From the IMG/VR virus record IMGVR_UViG_3300027809_000006, positions 4,411 to 68,410 of that record: a stretch of 64,000 bases of DNA. One strand, 5' to 3'. The DNA is from a virus (lineage: Duplodnaviria; Caudoviricetes). The notes beneath the pieces were generated by a model that saw only the letters and a program-made list of their open reading frames with translations, ran no database searches and was not told where the DNA came from. Made by a program: the position numbers and the translations under genes. Positions 34,306 through 43,965 of this stretch are shown here, one piece after another; the first letter of the stretch is position 1; each line of letters opens with the position of its first letter.

Positions 34306-35033
34306 CAAAACTTCTTATTGATGCCGACATTCTTTTATATCAATCAGCAGCTGTTTGTGAAGAAGCTAAAGAGGTAGAGCCGGGATATTGGACATGGCAT
34401 GTAGAGGAAAAGAAAGTCTACGAAGTCATTAACGATAAGCTCAAATACTACATGGAACATCTGAGTGCTGATGATTATGTACTCTGTTTGTCTGATGATA
34501 ATAACTTTCGTAAACAATTGACAAACACATATAAAGGTAAACGGTCAAATCTTAAACGACCAATCCTTCTGAAAAAGCTACGGCAAGATTTTATTAATGG
34601 TGGTGCCGTCGTATATCCCAATCTTGAAGCTGATGATGTTATGGGTATCCTTAGTACATCAGAGGAAGATTGTATTATTGTTTCTTCTGACAAGGATATG
34701 AAAACAATCCCCGGTTGGTTCTTCAAAGATACTGAAACTGGATTGGTGAAGATTACAGAAGAACAAGCAGACTATTACCATTTGTATCAAACATTGATTG
34801 GTGACACTATTGATGGCTACAGTGGCATTACCGGAGTTGGTCCAGTTGCTGCTGAGAAGATACTAGCAAAAGGTGCAACATGGGAAAACGTATTAGATAA
34901 CTTCTTAAAGAAAGGTTATTCAGAAGAGTATGCCTTACTACAAGCACGACTGGCACGTATCCTTCGCACGACAGATTATAACCACGAAACAAAAGAGCCT
35001 ATCCTATGGACTCCAAAAACGATAACAGTTTAA
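34302..35033 (+). CDS. 5'-3' exonuclease (T7 gp6-like)
   Basis: LLIDAD, YKGKR, LEADDVMG, SSDKDM, GDTIDGYSGITGVGP. Confidence 0.93.
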   Translation: MTKLLIDADILLYQSAAVCEEAKEVEPGYWTWHVEEKKVYEVINDKLKYYMEHLSADDYVLCLSDDNNFRKQLTNTYKGKRSNLKRPILLKKLRQDFINGGAVVYPNLEADDVMGILSTSEEDCIIVSSDKDMKTIPGWFFKDTETGLVKITEEQADYYHLYQTLIGDTIDGYSGITGVGPVAAEKILAKGATWENVLDNFLKKGYSEEYALLQARLARILRTTDYNHETKEPILWTPKTITV

Positions 35034-35156
35034 CAGTTTACTCAGACAATAGAACAGGAAAGTTTTTCATTATTTTAAAGAATGGTGACATTAGAGATTT
35101 TGACACCCTTATGGATGCTTTTGAAGGACTTTATGAGGAATATCCAGTAAAGGAGA

Positions 35157-35582
35157 ATGTATCTGAAAAGACCTAAAAAGAAAATTAATGGTAAGGTGAT
35201 CCATTCACAATTCGAGCAGGAAGTCTACGATAACCTCAAGGCATTACTTCCCCGTGGAGCTACTATTGAGTACGAACCAGAGAAGCTTCGATATGTGATC
35301 GAGTATGACTACAAACCAGATTTCGTTATTACCTTCAAGGACGGTCGAAAGATTTACATTGAAGCTAAGGGTGCAGGTCGTCAGTTTGATGATAATGTAC
35401 GACGAAAAATGGTAGCTGTAAAGGCACAACATCCAGATAAAGACATTCGTATTATTTTCTATAGGGATGCTGAGTTTGGTAAACGTCGTAAGAATGGATC
35501 AAAAACAAGACAATCGGATTGGAGTTCTAAGACAGGATTCCCATTCACCATTAGAGAATATTTGAAAGAATGGTTTGATTAA
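35157..35582 (+). CDS. Endonuclease I / Holliday junction resolvase (T7 gp3-like)
   Basis: SQFE...YEPEKLRY...YKPDF...YIEAKG...HPDKDIRIIF. Confidence 0.9.
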   Translation: MYLKRPKKKINGKVIHSQFEQEVYDNLKALLPRGATIEYEPEKLRYVIEYDYKPDFVITFKDGRKIYIEAKGAGRQFDDNVRRKMVAVKAQHPDKDIRIIFYRDAEFGKRRKNGSKTRQSDWSSKTGFPFTIREYLKEWFD

Positions 35583-36019
35583 TGTTTTTTAGATATTTAT
35601 TATTTAACGCAGTGACATTGTTTTTGGCAATTTTCACAATCCAATATTATGATGCTTTTAACTGGTTGTTAACAAATGACCCAACTCGTGTATCCCTCCT
35701 TATTTCTGCACTATACATTGGCTGTATTGCTTATCTTCTTCCTGCCGTTCTTGGTAAATCCAACGATGTGGCTAAGGATGTTAAGCGTGTTTCTTTTGTT
35801 GGTAAATCTCTTATGGGGATTGGTCTTATTGGAACTGTTATTGGGATGATGCATATCTTCTCTACTATTGGTTTCAGTGGCGACATTAAAGCAGCTATCC
35901 CTCAACTGATGCTTGGCGTGGGGACTGCACAAATCACCACCCTTTTCGGTCTGTCCTCAGCACTGTTAGTATCTTACCTAAACTTCTTTGTGTTTGGAGA
36001 TACTGAGGATGGGCGGTAA
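35582..36019 (+). CDS. MotA/TolQ/ExbB-like membrane protein
   Basis: Four hydrophobic segments; GIGLIGTVIGM and GTAQITTLFGL match the MotA/TolQ helix motifs. Confidence 0.75.
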   Translation: MFFRYLLFNAVTLFLAIFTIQYYDAFNWLLTNDPTRVSLLISALYIGCIAYLLPAVLGKSNDVAKDVKRVSFVGKSLMGIGLIGTVIGMMHIFSTIGFSGDIKAAIPQLMLGVGTAQITTLFGLSSALLVSYLNFFVFGDTEDGR

Positions 36020-36590
36020 ATATTTACTTAGTCTTCTTGACTATTTTGTATTCCTACTCGTCGTCTTTGTAGCCCTTTTTGGTATGTCATTCCTCTTAAT
36101 AAATGAGGAAAGCAAGAAGGGGAATGTCACTGAGAAGGCTGAGTTCATTATCGAAATGACATGGAATGATGGTTCTGATAACGATATTGACTTGTGGGTA
36201 GCTGGACCTGAGGATAACATTGTCTTCTTTGGGCATAAGGATGGTAAGTTTATCATTCTTGATAGAGATGACGTTGGCATTAATAATGCAATGATTACCC
36301 CTCAAGGAATTGTCATTAACAACACAAGACGGGAAGTTGCTACTATTAGGAAGATACTCCCCGGTAGGTATACGGTTAATGCAATGATGTTTCGTAATCG
36401 TAATGGACAAACAGAACATCCCAAAATTACAATTAGGAAGCTTAATCCCTATGGAGAAGTTATTGAGAAGGTTGTCGAACTCACAGAAGATGGTGAGGAA
36501 CAAACAATCCTATCATTCGATTTGGATGATAAAGGTAACGTAACCAATAAGGATGAAGACTACGTTCCTTTGTTTGAGAAGGTGCATTAA
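36009..36590 (+). CDS. Membrane-anchored partner of the MotA-like protein
   Basis: LLDYFVFLLVVF TM with Asp; EFIIEMTW...DIDLWV...LDRDDVG...RREV. Confidence 0.75.
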   Translation: MGGKYLLSLLDYFVFLLVVFVALFGMSFLLINEESKKGNVTEKAEFIIEMTWNDGSDNDIDLWVAGPEDNIVFFGHKDGKFIILDRDDVGINNAMITPQGIVINNTRREVATIRKILPGRYTVNAMMFRNRNGQTEHPKITIRKLNPYGEVIEKVVELTEDGEEQTILSFDLDDKGNVTNKDEDYVPLFEKVH

Positions 36591-37060
36591 TGACACTCCT
36601 ATACACAGTAATAGCTGGACTTATTGCTTTAGCTGTTTACTTCATTCTCACAACGTATGGTGATCGTCGGGTAGTGGCAGCAGCAATTGTTGCCCTCTCC
36701 TTCACCGGTTACTATTATTACAGTACGAAACTACCAGACCTTTTTGGTTATGCTGTTGATATTAAATTAATTAGTATTGAAGAGTCTAGGGTTATCTCAG
36801 CTTTCGATGGACCTGATATGATTTATATTGTCGTCCTCCATAAGGGTGAGACTGAACCCCGCCTGATTAAGATGGAGAAGACTGAACGAAACAGTGAACA
36901 ACTCAGTAACATTAAAAAAGGTCTTAAGAAGGGTGCTGTTGTAGTTAAAGGTAAAGAAGGCAATGGCAAACCATCTAAAGGTGAGTATGATGTAGATACA
37001 GGTGACCTTAAGATTGTCCCTATTAAAGAGCAAACAATTTTCGAGAAAGATCAACCATGA
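36590..37060 (+). CDS. Membrane protein (third gene of the MotA-like triad)
   Basis: Two N-terminal TM segments, LFGYAV, EPRLI. Confidence 0.7.
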   Translation: MTLLYTVIAGLIALAVYFILTTYGDRRVVAAAIVALSFTGYYYYSTKLPDLFGYAVDIKLISIEESRVISAFDGPDMIYIVVLHKGETEPRLIKMEKTERNSEQLSNIKKGLKKGAVVVKGKEGNGKPSKGEYDVDTGDLKIVPIKEQTIFEKDQP

Positions 37061-37338
37061 GTATTTATAAAATTACTTTTAAATATATCCCACTTAATCC
37101 ACCTTTGGATGTGAAATATGTAACAGCGGATGAAGTGGATTGCTATAGTGATACAGCTACTTTCACCAATCGTATTCCGCTCCCTGATGATCCTAATCCC
37201 CCTTTTGGTTTCAATAGTGTTGGTGGTAACTATAGAACTCATGTAGTTGCATCATTTAAAGAATGGCTTTCCGTTGAAGAAGTAGAGAGTATTCCTTTCG
37301 ATGCTTCTCAATCTTTTGACTCCCCTGAGGATATTTAA
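37057..37338 (+). CDS. Hypothetical protein
   Basis: 93 aa, ATGA overlap. Confidence 0.65.
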   Translation: MSIYKITFKYIPLNPPLDVKYVTADEVDCYSDTATFTNRIPLPDDPNPPFGFNSVGGNYRTHVVASFKEWLSVEEVESIPFDASQSFDSPEDI

Positions 37339-38129
37339 TGACAAATATTATTACAAGTAAACAACCACAAGTTCATCTTGTGTTACCTGATCCACATGCC
37401 CACCCTGATCACAATAATGATCGTGCAGATTGGATTGGTAAGCTTATTCTTGATGTTAAGCCTGACGTTGTAATCAACATTGGTGATATGTTCGATATGC
37501 CATCTATGGCTGAATACGATAAGGGTAAGAAGTCCTTTTGGGGTCGTACTTACAAAAAGGATATTAATGCTGGCTTAGATTTTGATGAACGTCTGTGGGA
37601 CCCTGTTCGTAGGGCAAAGAAGAAGCGTCCTTATGCCATCTTCACGGAAGGTAATCATGAGTTCCGTCTTAAGAAGGCTATCAACCTTCAGCCTGAACTT
37701 GAAGGTACTATTTCTTTTAAGGACCTTGACCTAAATCGAAACTATGATGAGGTAGTTGAATATGCAGGAAACACCCCCGGAATTGTGGAGGTCGATGGTA
37801 TCCACTACGCTCACTACTTTGTTAGTGGTGTTATGGGCCGTCCTGTCGGTGGTGAGCATCCCGCATATAGCCTACTTACTAAAGAGTTTGTTTCCTGCAC
37901 ATGTGGTCACATTCACACTACCGATTATGCTGTTCGTACCACTGTTGGCGGGAAGCGTATTATGGGTCTTGTTGCTGGTGTGGGTCAAGATTATGATAGC
38001 GGTTGGGCTGGCGAAGTAAACAAGCTTTGGTATAGAGGTGTTATTATTAAACGACATGTAGAAGACGGATCGTATGACCCCGAATGGGTTAGTATGGCTC
38101 GCCTGAAGAGCGAATATGGTAATACTTAA
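37338..38129 (+). CDS. Calcineurin-like metallophosphoesterase
   Basis: PDPH, GDMFD, EGNHE, HYAH, GHIH motifs. Confidence 0.9.
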   Translation: MTNIITSKQPQVHLVLPDPHAHPDHNNDRADWIGKLILDVKPDVVINIGDMFDMPSMAEYDKGKKSFWGRTYKKDINAGLDFDERLWDPVRRAKKKRPYAIFTEGNHEFRLKKAINLQPELEGTISFKDLDLNRNYDEVVEYAGNTPGIVEVDGIHYAHYFVSGVMGRPVGGEHPAYSLLTKEFVSCTCGHIHTTDYAVRTTVGGKRIMGLVAGVGQDYDSGWAGEVNKLWYRGVIIKRHVEDGSYDPEWVSMARLKSEYGNT

Positions 38130-38551
38130 TGCATTTTTGTCGAAGGTGTGAGACTCACAAATCTGTCGATGAGATGAAGAAAGGCTCTAGGACTTGCTGT
38201 AAGAAATGCAATTCCAAAGAGAAGGTTCAGTATTGGAGCAATCTTTCCAAACACGAAAAGAGGGAACGTTCCGCTAAGCGTTATGGTATTGACAAAGAGA
38301 CATTCGATCAAATGTTTTCCGAACAGAAAGGAAAGTGTAAAATTTGCGATATCTCTTTAGTCATACCAGAGGCTAACACTAGACCTAAGAATAGAGCCTG
38401 TATAGATCATGATCATAAAACAGGTATGGTAAGAGGTCTTCTTTGCTCTAATTGTAATTTAGCATTAGGTTTTCTATCTGATAGTGAAGAAACTGTTAGT
38501 AAAGCATTAGAATATTTAAAAGAGTACAAGCATGGCATCCACCGAGTTTAA
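38129..38551 (+). CDS. Endonuclease VII-like (His-Me finger) endonuclease, possibly homing
   Basis: CRRC...CKKC N-terminus; CKIC, IDHDHKTGMVRGLLCSNCNLALG. Confidence 0.9.
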   Translation: MHFCRRCETHKSVDEMKKGSRTCCKKCNSKEKVQYWSNLSKHEKRERSAKRYGIDKETFDQMFSEQKGKCKICDISLVIPEANTRPKNRACIDHDHKTGMVRGLLCSNCNLALGFLSDSEETVSKALEYLKEYKHGIHRV

Positions 38552-38711
38552 AGAAAAACATTCCAAACGACTCAGAAACAAATATGCGAAATCGTTGCGC
38601 GATCAGGGGGATCACAAAGGTGCTTTTTCCCTGAGAGTGCACGATGCTCGTAAGACAGAATATAAAAGAGAAAAAATTAGGGTAACGGATATCAACGATG
38701 AAGAAGAATAA
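38532..38711 (+). CDS. Small basic hypothetical protein (59 aa, not in track)
   Basis: MASTEFKEKHSKRLRNKYAKSLRD...DEEE*. Confidence 0.5.
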   Translation: MASTEFKEKHSKRLRNKYAKSLRDQGDHKGAFSLRVHDARKTEYKREKIRVTDINDEEE

Positions 38712-38851
38712 ACTCGAAGATTATGTTGCCTCCGCACTTAACGAAATTTCATTTGAAGAACTATTGGAGAAGTATGACCTAACTCCCATTGAAGTATTCA
38801 CGTTCCTGTATGACAACGGACATATTGATGAAGACACGCTAACTGCTGAGA

Positions 38852-39043
38852 GTGACGTTTATGAAGAATGAATTTAGTGTAAAATTTCCTGTAGAGGATT
38901 TTGAGGTATGGGTTAAAGAACAAGGTATTGAAGCTGGTATGGTATTAGACCATCAAGACTTATTTGTAAATGATGTTTCATATGATCCTAAACTTGGATA
39001 TGTCCTAGTTGAAGGTGTACTTGAGGTTAAACTTAGTTCATGA
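38852..39043 (+). CDS. Hypothetical protein
   Basis: 63 aa, overlaps the next start. Confidence 0.5.
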   Translation: MTFMKNEFSVKFPVEDFEVWVKEQGIEAGMVLDHQDLFVNDVSYDPKLGYVLVEGVLEVKLSS

Positions 39044-39696
39044 TTAAAGATATTATATTTGGAGTAGCAGTATTTGTTTTTTGTACCATACTCCTAGCAT
39101 TTGGTAATGCAAAAGCAGATGAACCCCTTCGATTTGATGCAATTCAACCAGTTTACAAAATCCAAAGTGGTCCTATTGCTTGCTCTGCTGTAGCAATTGA
39201 AACTCCCGGCCTTGATCAAACAGTTCTCCTAACTGCTGCTCATTGTATTGATCGTTCTAAAGAAGGTGGTAAAATTTCTGATAGTTATGATTTCATTACT
39301 GAGTTTAAGGTACTGAAAGTTTCTAATGATACTGATCTTGCGGCAATCATTGTGTTAGACAAGAACTTTCAGCCGAAGAAAGCTCTTGTTGCTAAAACTA
39401 TAATTGCAGAAGAAGGTGATGATATTGTAGTTGTAGGATATCCATATGGTGGTGCTAGGACTACAACCAAAGGAACTGTTGGAGTAAAGATCACTACTAT
39501 GACTCCACTAAACAATGTAGAACAATTCCTTATGGCTACTGCGAATGTTGATACTGGTAATTCTGGTGGTGGACTATTCCAAAAGAATGGTGATCATTGG
39601 GAATTGATTGGTATTACTTCTATGAAGGGTCCATCTATCTTTACCAATTTCTTTACTACTTTGGCAAACATTAATAAGTTTATTGAAGTGGAATAA
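39040..39696 (+). CDS. Exported trypsin-like serine protease
   Basis: Signal peptide (...LAFGNAKA), LTAAHC (His), DLAAI (Asp), GNSGGGL (Ser). Confidence 0.9.
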   Translation: MIKDIIFGVAVFVFCTILLAFGNAKADEPLRFDAIQPVYKIQSGPIACSAVAIETPGLDQTVLLTAAHCIDRSKEGGKISDSYDFITEFKVLKVSNDTDLAAIIVLDKNFQPKKALVAKTIIAEEGDDIVVVGYPYGGARTTTKGTVGVKITTMTPLNNVEQFLMATANVDTGNSGGGLFQKNGDHWELIGITSMKGPSIFTNFFTTLANINKFIEVE

Positions 39697-39703
39697 TCTA
39701 ATT

Positions 39704-39734
39704 GACCCCTGCCGAAAGGTGGGGGTTTTCTTTT
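39704..39734 (+). terminator. Intrinsic terminator
   Basis: GACCCCTGCC-GAAA-GGTGGGGGTT then TTCTTTT. Confidence 0.75.
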
Positions 39735-39744
39735 GGAGAGTACA

Positions 39745-39936
39745 ATGAATATTAGTGATTTTAATAATGAATATGACATGCTTACCTCTGCTCGTCAAAA
39801 AGAGGGATTAACTAAATTATTTAAGCTGATTGTAGATAACCATCAAAATTATCATGGACTTATTGATGAAATCTTACATCAAGCTACTATAGAAGAAGAT
39901 GATGATGGTTTTGGTACAGAAGGTGCAAACATTTGA
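39745..39936 (+). CDS. Acidic hypothetical protein
   Basis: ATG 39745 after GGAG. Confidence 0.6.
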   Translation: MNISDFNNEYDMLTSARQKEGLTKLFKLIVDNHQNYHGLIDEILHQATIEEDDDGFGTEGANI

Positions 39937-40634
39937 AGGTAGAATATGTAGACAGTATGGGTGACGACCTTACTGTTGTTAACTCAGCAAGAGTGTCTTT
40001 TAGTAAAGAATCTAGTTGGGAAATTGACAAAGAAAGGAGTGTATACGAAAGTGGAGTTCTTGTTGATCCTTATGTGACTATTTCTGATAAAGACAAGAAA
40101 CTACTATCCTATCTTGCAAAACACAATCATTGGACTCCTTTCTCACACCCTCAAATTACACTAAGAGAGAAAGTCCCTATTTTTGTTGCTCGTCAGCGTT
40201 TCAAGCATATGATTGGCTTTACATACAACGAAGTGTCAAGACGGTATGTAGATGAGGCCCCTGAGTTCTTCATTCCTAGTGAGTGGAGAGGTAAACCAGA
40301 AGGTTCGATGAAACAAGGTAGTAGTGAAACTGTTGTTGTAACTGTTGGCTCAGAAGGTATTACTGATCTTTATGAGGATTTTCTACAACGTGCAGAAGCT
40401 CTTTATAACTCCCTCCTTAAGGGTGGAGTAGCCCCTGAACAAGCTCGTATGGTTCTCCCTCAAAGTATGATGACAGAGTATATAGTGACTGGCTCACTTG
40501 CTGCTTTTGCAAGAGCATATAAACTTAGGATTGATGCACATGCCCAAAGAGAAATCCAATTCCTTGCTACCGAATGGGATAGGATCATCAGACCTCTCTA
40601 CCCGGAAAGTTGGAAAGCCCTTACCGAAAGTTAA
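39933..40634 (+). CDS. thyX: Flavin-dependent thymidylate synthase
   Basis: VVNSARVSF, HWTPF, FVARQRFKH..G..YNEVSRRYV, EQARMVLPQS, HAQREI. Confidence 0.93.
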   Translation: MKVEYVDSMGDDLTVVNSARVSFSKESSWEIDKERSVYESGVLVDPYVTISDKDKKLLSYLAKHNHWTPFSHPQITLREKVPIFVARQRFKHMIGFTYNEVSRRYVDEAPEFFIPSEWRGKPEGSMKQGSSETVVVTVGSEGITDLYEDFLQRAEALYNSLLKGGVAPEQARMVLPQSMMTEYIVTGSLAAFARAYKLRIDAHAQREIQFLATEWDRIIRPLYPESWKALTES

Positions 40635-40688
40635 GCAATATTTTTGTGAAGATGATTTTATACCTGTAGTTGTAATGAAAGAAAAAGA

Positions 40689-40994
40689 ATGAGTGACAAG
40701 TGGTTTGTAGTTTATACGACATCTGCTTTTGAGTGCAAGTGGTGCAATAAATTGAAGCAGTTGTTAAGTGTTTATGGATATGAATATTTCGAGAAGGACA
40801 TTACTGATGAACAATATTTAAAAGAATTTAAAGAGCAGGGCTTTAAGACTGTCCCCCAAGTTTTCCTAAACACAAAAACTACAAACAATCACATTGGTGG
40901 ATATGAGACTACTAAGGACTATCTCCGTAGGAATTTCTTCACCGCACATCCTAATCAAGATGAAATTATCAAACAATTGGAAGAGTTGGAATAA
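40689..40994 (+). CDS. Glutaredoxin
   Basis: CKWC active site, TVPQVF, IGGY. Confidence 0.88.
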   Translation: MSDKWFVVYTTSAFECKWCNKLKQLLSVYGYEYFEKDITDEQYLKEFKEQGFKTVPQVFLNTKTTNNHIGGYETTKDYLRRNFFTAHPNQDEIIKQLEELE

Positions 40995-41266
40995 TGGGTT
41001 TTAAAAAGTACGAAGAATTTGTAAAAAGTATGCCTGACTTTGATGATGCTGCCCTTGGATTGGCAGGTGAAGTTGGTGAAGTCCTTGAACATGTAAAGAA
41101 GGATCGTCGTCCTGATGGTCGTCGTCAACCATTGGATAAGGAATCCTTTACTGCTGAGTTGGGTGATGTTTTGTTCTATCTCACCCGATTGGCCCATAAG
41201 AATGGTATCACTCTTAAAGAGGTTGCTGATTACAACGAAAAGAAGCTTACAAAGAGGCACGGCTAA
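40994..41266 (+). CDS. MazG-like nucleotide pyrophosphohydrolase
   Basis: LGLAGEVGEVLEHVKK...ELGDVLFY...NEKKLTKR. Confidence 0.88.
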   Translation: MGFKKYEEFVKSMPDFDDAALGLAGEVGEVLEHVKKDRRPDGRRQPLDKESFTAELGDVLFYLTRLAHKNGITLKEVADYNEKKLTKRHG

Positions 41267-41360
41267 TGAGTGGTTGGTTAGTACTTGTTATTATATTGTG
41301 TGTAGGTATTGCAGCTGTTAGTATAGCAAACGGGCAAGGTCCTAACGATAGGGGTTACTA

Positions 41361-41492
41361 ATGAATGAAGATGAGTTCGAACAGTTTCTAGCAGAACTGG
41401 CAGTTTTTGCTGAAGAAACTGAAATGGAAAATGACGAAGATAATGACGATTGGGATTGGGATGATGAAGGAGACGATCTGTTTGACGAATAA
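41361..41492 (+). CDS. Hyperacidic 43-aa peptide (not in track)
   Basis: MNEDEFEQFLAELAVFAEETEMENDEDNDDWDWDDEGDDLFDE*; SD-like AGGGG upstream. Confidence 0.6.
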   Translation: MNEDEFEQFLAELAVFAEETEMENDEDNDDWDWDDEGDDLFDE

Positions 41493-43347
41493 TTTAAGTG
41501 TAGAAAATGACATTCTTTCAAAGATTGTAACATTTAGTAAGTATGCCCGTTATGATAAAGACCTCCTTCGACGAGAGACTTGGGAAGAAATTGCATACCG
41601 TAATGCTGATATGCACCAACGTAAGTATCCACATATTAAGAAAGAAATTTATAATATTTACAAAGATTATGTGGTAACAAAGAAGTTGCTCCCTTCGATG
41701 AGATCACTACAGTTCGGAGGTAAAGCAATTGAACGTAATCCCGCTCGTATCTATAATTGTGCTTACTTGCCTATTGAACATCCAGACGCTTTTAGCGAGA
41801 CAATGTTTCTCCTTTTGGGGGGTACTGGTGTCGGATACTCTGTTCAACATCGCCATGTGGATCGTCTTCCCGTGTGTGTTGGTCCTAAGCGTCGCACACG
41901 TAGGTATGTAATTGGTGATAGTATTGAAGGTTGGGCTGATAGTGTAAAGGTTCTAGTTGAGGCATACTTCCATGGTAAACTTCAGCCGGTATTCGACTAT
42001 GATGACATTCGTGAAAAGGGTACTGAGCTTGTTACCTCAGGTGGTAAGGCTCCGGGGCCAGACCCGCTTCGTGTATGTTTGGCTCAAGTCGAAGCTGTTC
42101 TCCATGGGGCTATCGGACGTAGACTTACCCCTCTTGAATGCCACGATATTCTTTGCTTCCTCGCTGATGCTGTACTTGCTGGTGGCATTCGTCGTGCAGC
42201 AATGATTTCTTTGTTCTCTCCTGAGGATGATGAAATGCTTCTGTGTAAGAGTGGTAACTGGTGGGAACTCAATCCTCAGCGTGGTAGGGCTAACAACTCT
42301 GTGTCCCTCCTTCGTGAGACAACCACAGTAGAACAGTTCTTCTCTATCTGGAAGCGAGTGTTCGAAAGTAAGGCAGGTGAACCGGGTATCTATTGGACAA
42401 ACAATCTTGATTGGGGTACTAACCCTTGCTGTGAGATTGCCCTTCGTCCATATCAGTTCTGTAACCTAGTTGAACTTAATGGCTCTACTATTGAGAGTGA
42501 AGATGACTTCATGGATAGGGCAGAGAAGGCAACCATTCTGGCAACCCTTCAAGCTGGCTACACTGACTTCCATTACCTCCGTCCTATCTGGAAAGTGACG
42601 ACTGAGGAAGATGCACTTGTTGGTGTGGGTATCACTGGTATTGGCTCCAATCAGATTGAACAGTACGACCTTACTAAGGTTAGTGATCATGTTAAGCACA
42701 CTAATATCCTTTGGGCAGAAAAGATTGGTGTCAATCAGGCTGCTCGTACAACTACTATCAAGCCATCAGGAACATCTTCTCTTGTTCTTGGCACTCCTTC
42801 CGGTATTCATGCAGCGCATAATGATTACTACCTGCGTCGTATGAGGTTTGGTAAAGACGAAGCAATCTACCAGTATCTACAAACAGTAATTCCTGACTTG
42901 TGTGAAGACGAATACTTCCGTCCACAACATCAGGGTGTTCTTACAATCCCACAGAAAGCAGCAGATGGTGCGTTCATTCGTACAGAATCTCCGATCACTC
43001 TTCTTGAGCGAGTTAGAAAGTATAACATCGATTGGGTGGCTAATGGTCACAATCGGGGCGATAATCACAATAATGTCTCTTGTACTATTTCTCTAAAGGA
43101 TGAGGAATGGGAAGAGGTAAGTGAATGGATGTGGAATAATAGAGAACACTATAATGGTATCTCTGTTCTACCTTTTGATGGTGGCACTTACATTCAGGCA
43201 CCTTTTGAAGATTGCACAAAGGAGAAGTATGAGGAACTGATGAAGTTCGTTACTAATATTGATCTAACCAAGGTTATTGAATTTAACAATAATACAGACC
43301 TCTCCGGTGAGTTGGCCTGTGCAGCAGATGGATGTGTCGTAGTATGA
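41482..43347 (+). CDS. nrdJ: Class II (adenosylcobalamin-dependent, monomeric RTPR-type) ribonucleotide reductase
   Basis: LPSMRSLQFGG, IYNCAY, GGIRRAA, RANNS, TNPCCEI, TTIKPSGT, C-terminal CAADGC; no small-subunit gene nearby; TTG start 41482 after AAGGAG. Confidence 0.93.
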   Translation: MTNNLSVENDILSKIVTFSKYARYDKDLLRRETWEEIAYRNADMHQRKYPHIKKEIYNIYKDYVVTKKLLPSMRSLQFGGKAIERNPARIYNCAYLPIEHPDAFSETMFLLLGGTGVGYSVQHRHVDRLPVCVGPKRRTRRYVIGDSIEGWADSVKVLVEAYFHGKLQPVFDYDDIREKGTELVTSGGKAPGPDPLRVCLAQVEAVLHGAIGRRLTPLECHDILCFLADAVLAGGIRRAAMISLFSPEDDEMLLCKSGNWWELNPQRGRANNSVSLLRETTTVEQFFSIWKRVFESKAGEPGIYWTNNLDWGTNPCCEIALRPYQFCNLVELNGSTIESEDDFMDRAEKATILATLQAGYTDFHYLRPIWKVTTEEDALVGVGITGIGSNQIEQYDLTKVSDHVKHTNILWAEKIGVNQAARTTTIKPSGTSSLVLGTPSGIHAAHNDYYLRRMRFGKDEAIYQYLQTVIPDLCEDEYFRPQHQGVLTIPQKAADGAFIRTESPITLLERVRKYNIDWVANGHNRGDNHNNVSCTISLKDEEWEEVSEWMWNNREHYNGISVLPFDGGTYIQAPFEDCTKEKYEELMKFVTNIDLTKVIEFNNNTDLSGELACAADGCVVV

Positions 43348-43598
43348 CAAAGAAGTTGATTGGGTTTGAGTATCCACCAGAAGAAGTAGAAGTATACACT
43401 GAAGTTCGCATTTGTTTTATGGGTTCTTTTGTTCATAAGGATGAAGCAGAAGCTCATCGACAGGAATTCTACGATGTGTATGGACAGGATGTTGAAGATG
43501 GTAATCTAGTAGTTATTCAGGATGATATCCTTGAGTTGAACACAAAGTTTGTTACTCGTATTATGGCACAAAATGCACAAGGGGAGTTACAACTATAA
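43344..43598 (+). CDS. Acidic hypothetical protein
   Basis: ATG 43344 overlapping the nrdJ stop. Confidence 0.6.
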   Translation: MTKKLIGFEYPPEEVEVYTEVRICFMGSFVHKDEAEAHRQEFYDVYGQDVEDGNLVVIQDDILELNTKFVTRIMAQNAQGELQL

Positions 43599-43748
43599 TG
43601 AAAGTAAAAACACTAATAGATATCCTTTCTAAATTACCACTAGATGTTGATGTTATTTATCAAGGTGGTGAATATAAAGACGATTATCGTAATGTTAATA
43701 AAGCAACCTATAAGGATAATTTAGGTTGGGATAAAAAGGGTGTTCTAA

Positions 43749-43964
43749 TTGAGTGATCCCCATGACAAACAAATTGGTGGTACACATTATAAAGATATGG
43801 CCATCCAGCCGGGTGACTATATTGTAAAGAATGGTATTGGTTGGTACGAAGGTAATGCTATTAAGTATCTTACCAGACATAAAGCTAAAGGTCAGAAACA
43901 AGACCTTGAGAAAGCCATTCATTATATCGAACTAGCAATCCAACACTATTATGGTAACAAATAA
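43749..43964 (+). CDS. DUF3310 / T7 gp1.7-like nucleotide kinase family protein
   Basis: QIGGTHY...IQP...GNAIKYLTR...K..QDLEKAIHY. Confidence 0.88.
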   Translation: MSDPHDKQIGGTHYKDMAIQPGDYIVKNGIGWYEGNAIKYLTRHKAKGQKQDLEKAIHYIELAIQHYYGNK

Positions 43965-43965
43965 A

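Noticed and set aside
40150-40260. ThyX motif reads ARQRFKH rather than RHR
   Set aside because: KH-type variants are common in phage ThyX; the remaining motifs are intact.
28037-43347. Introns or inteins in primase-helicase, DNA polymerase or NrdJ
   Set aside because: The frames are continuous, lengths are normal, and no intein splice or LAGLIDADG motifs were seen.
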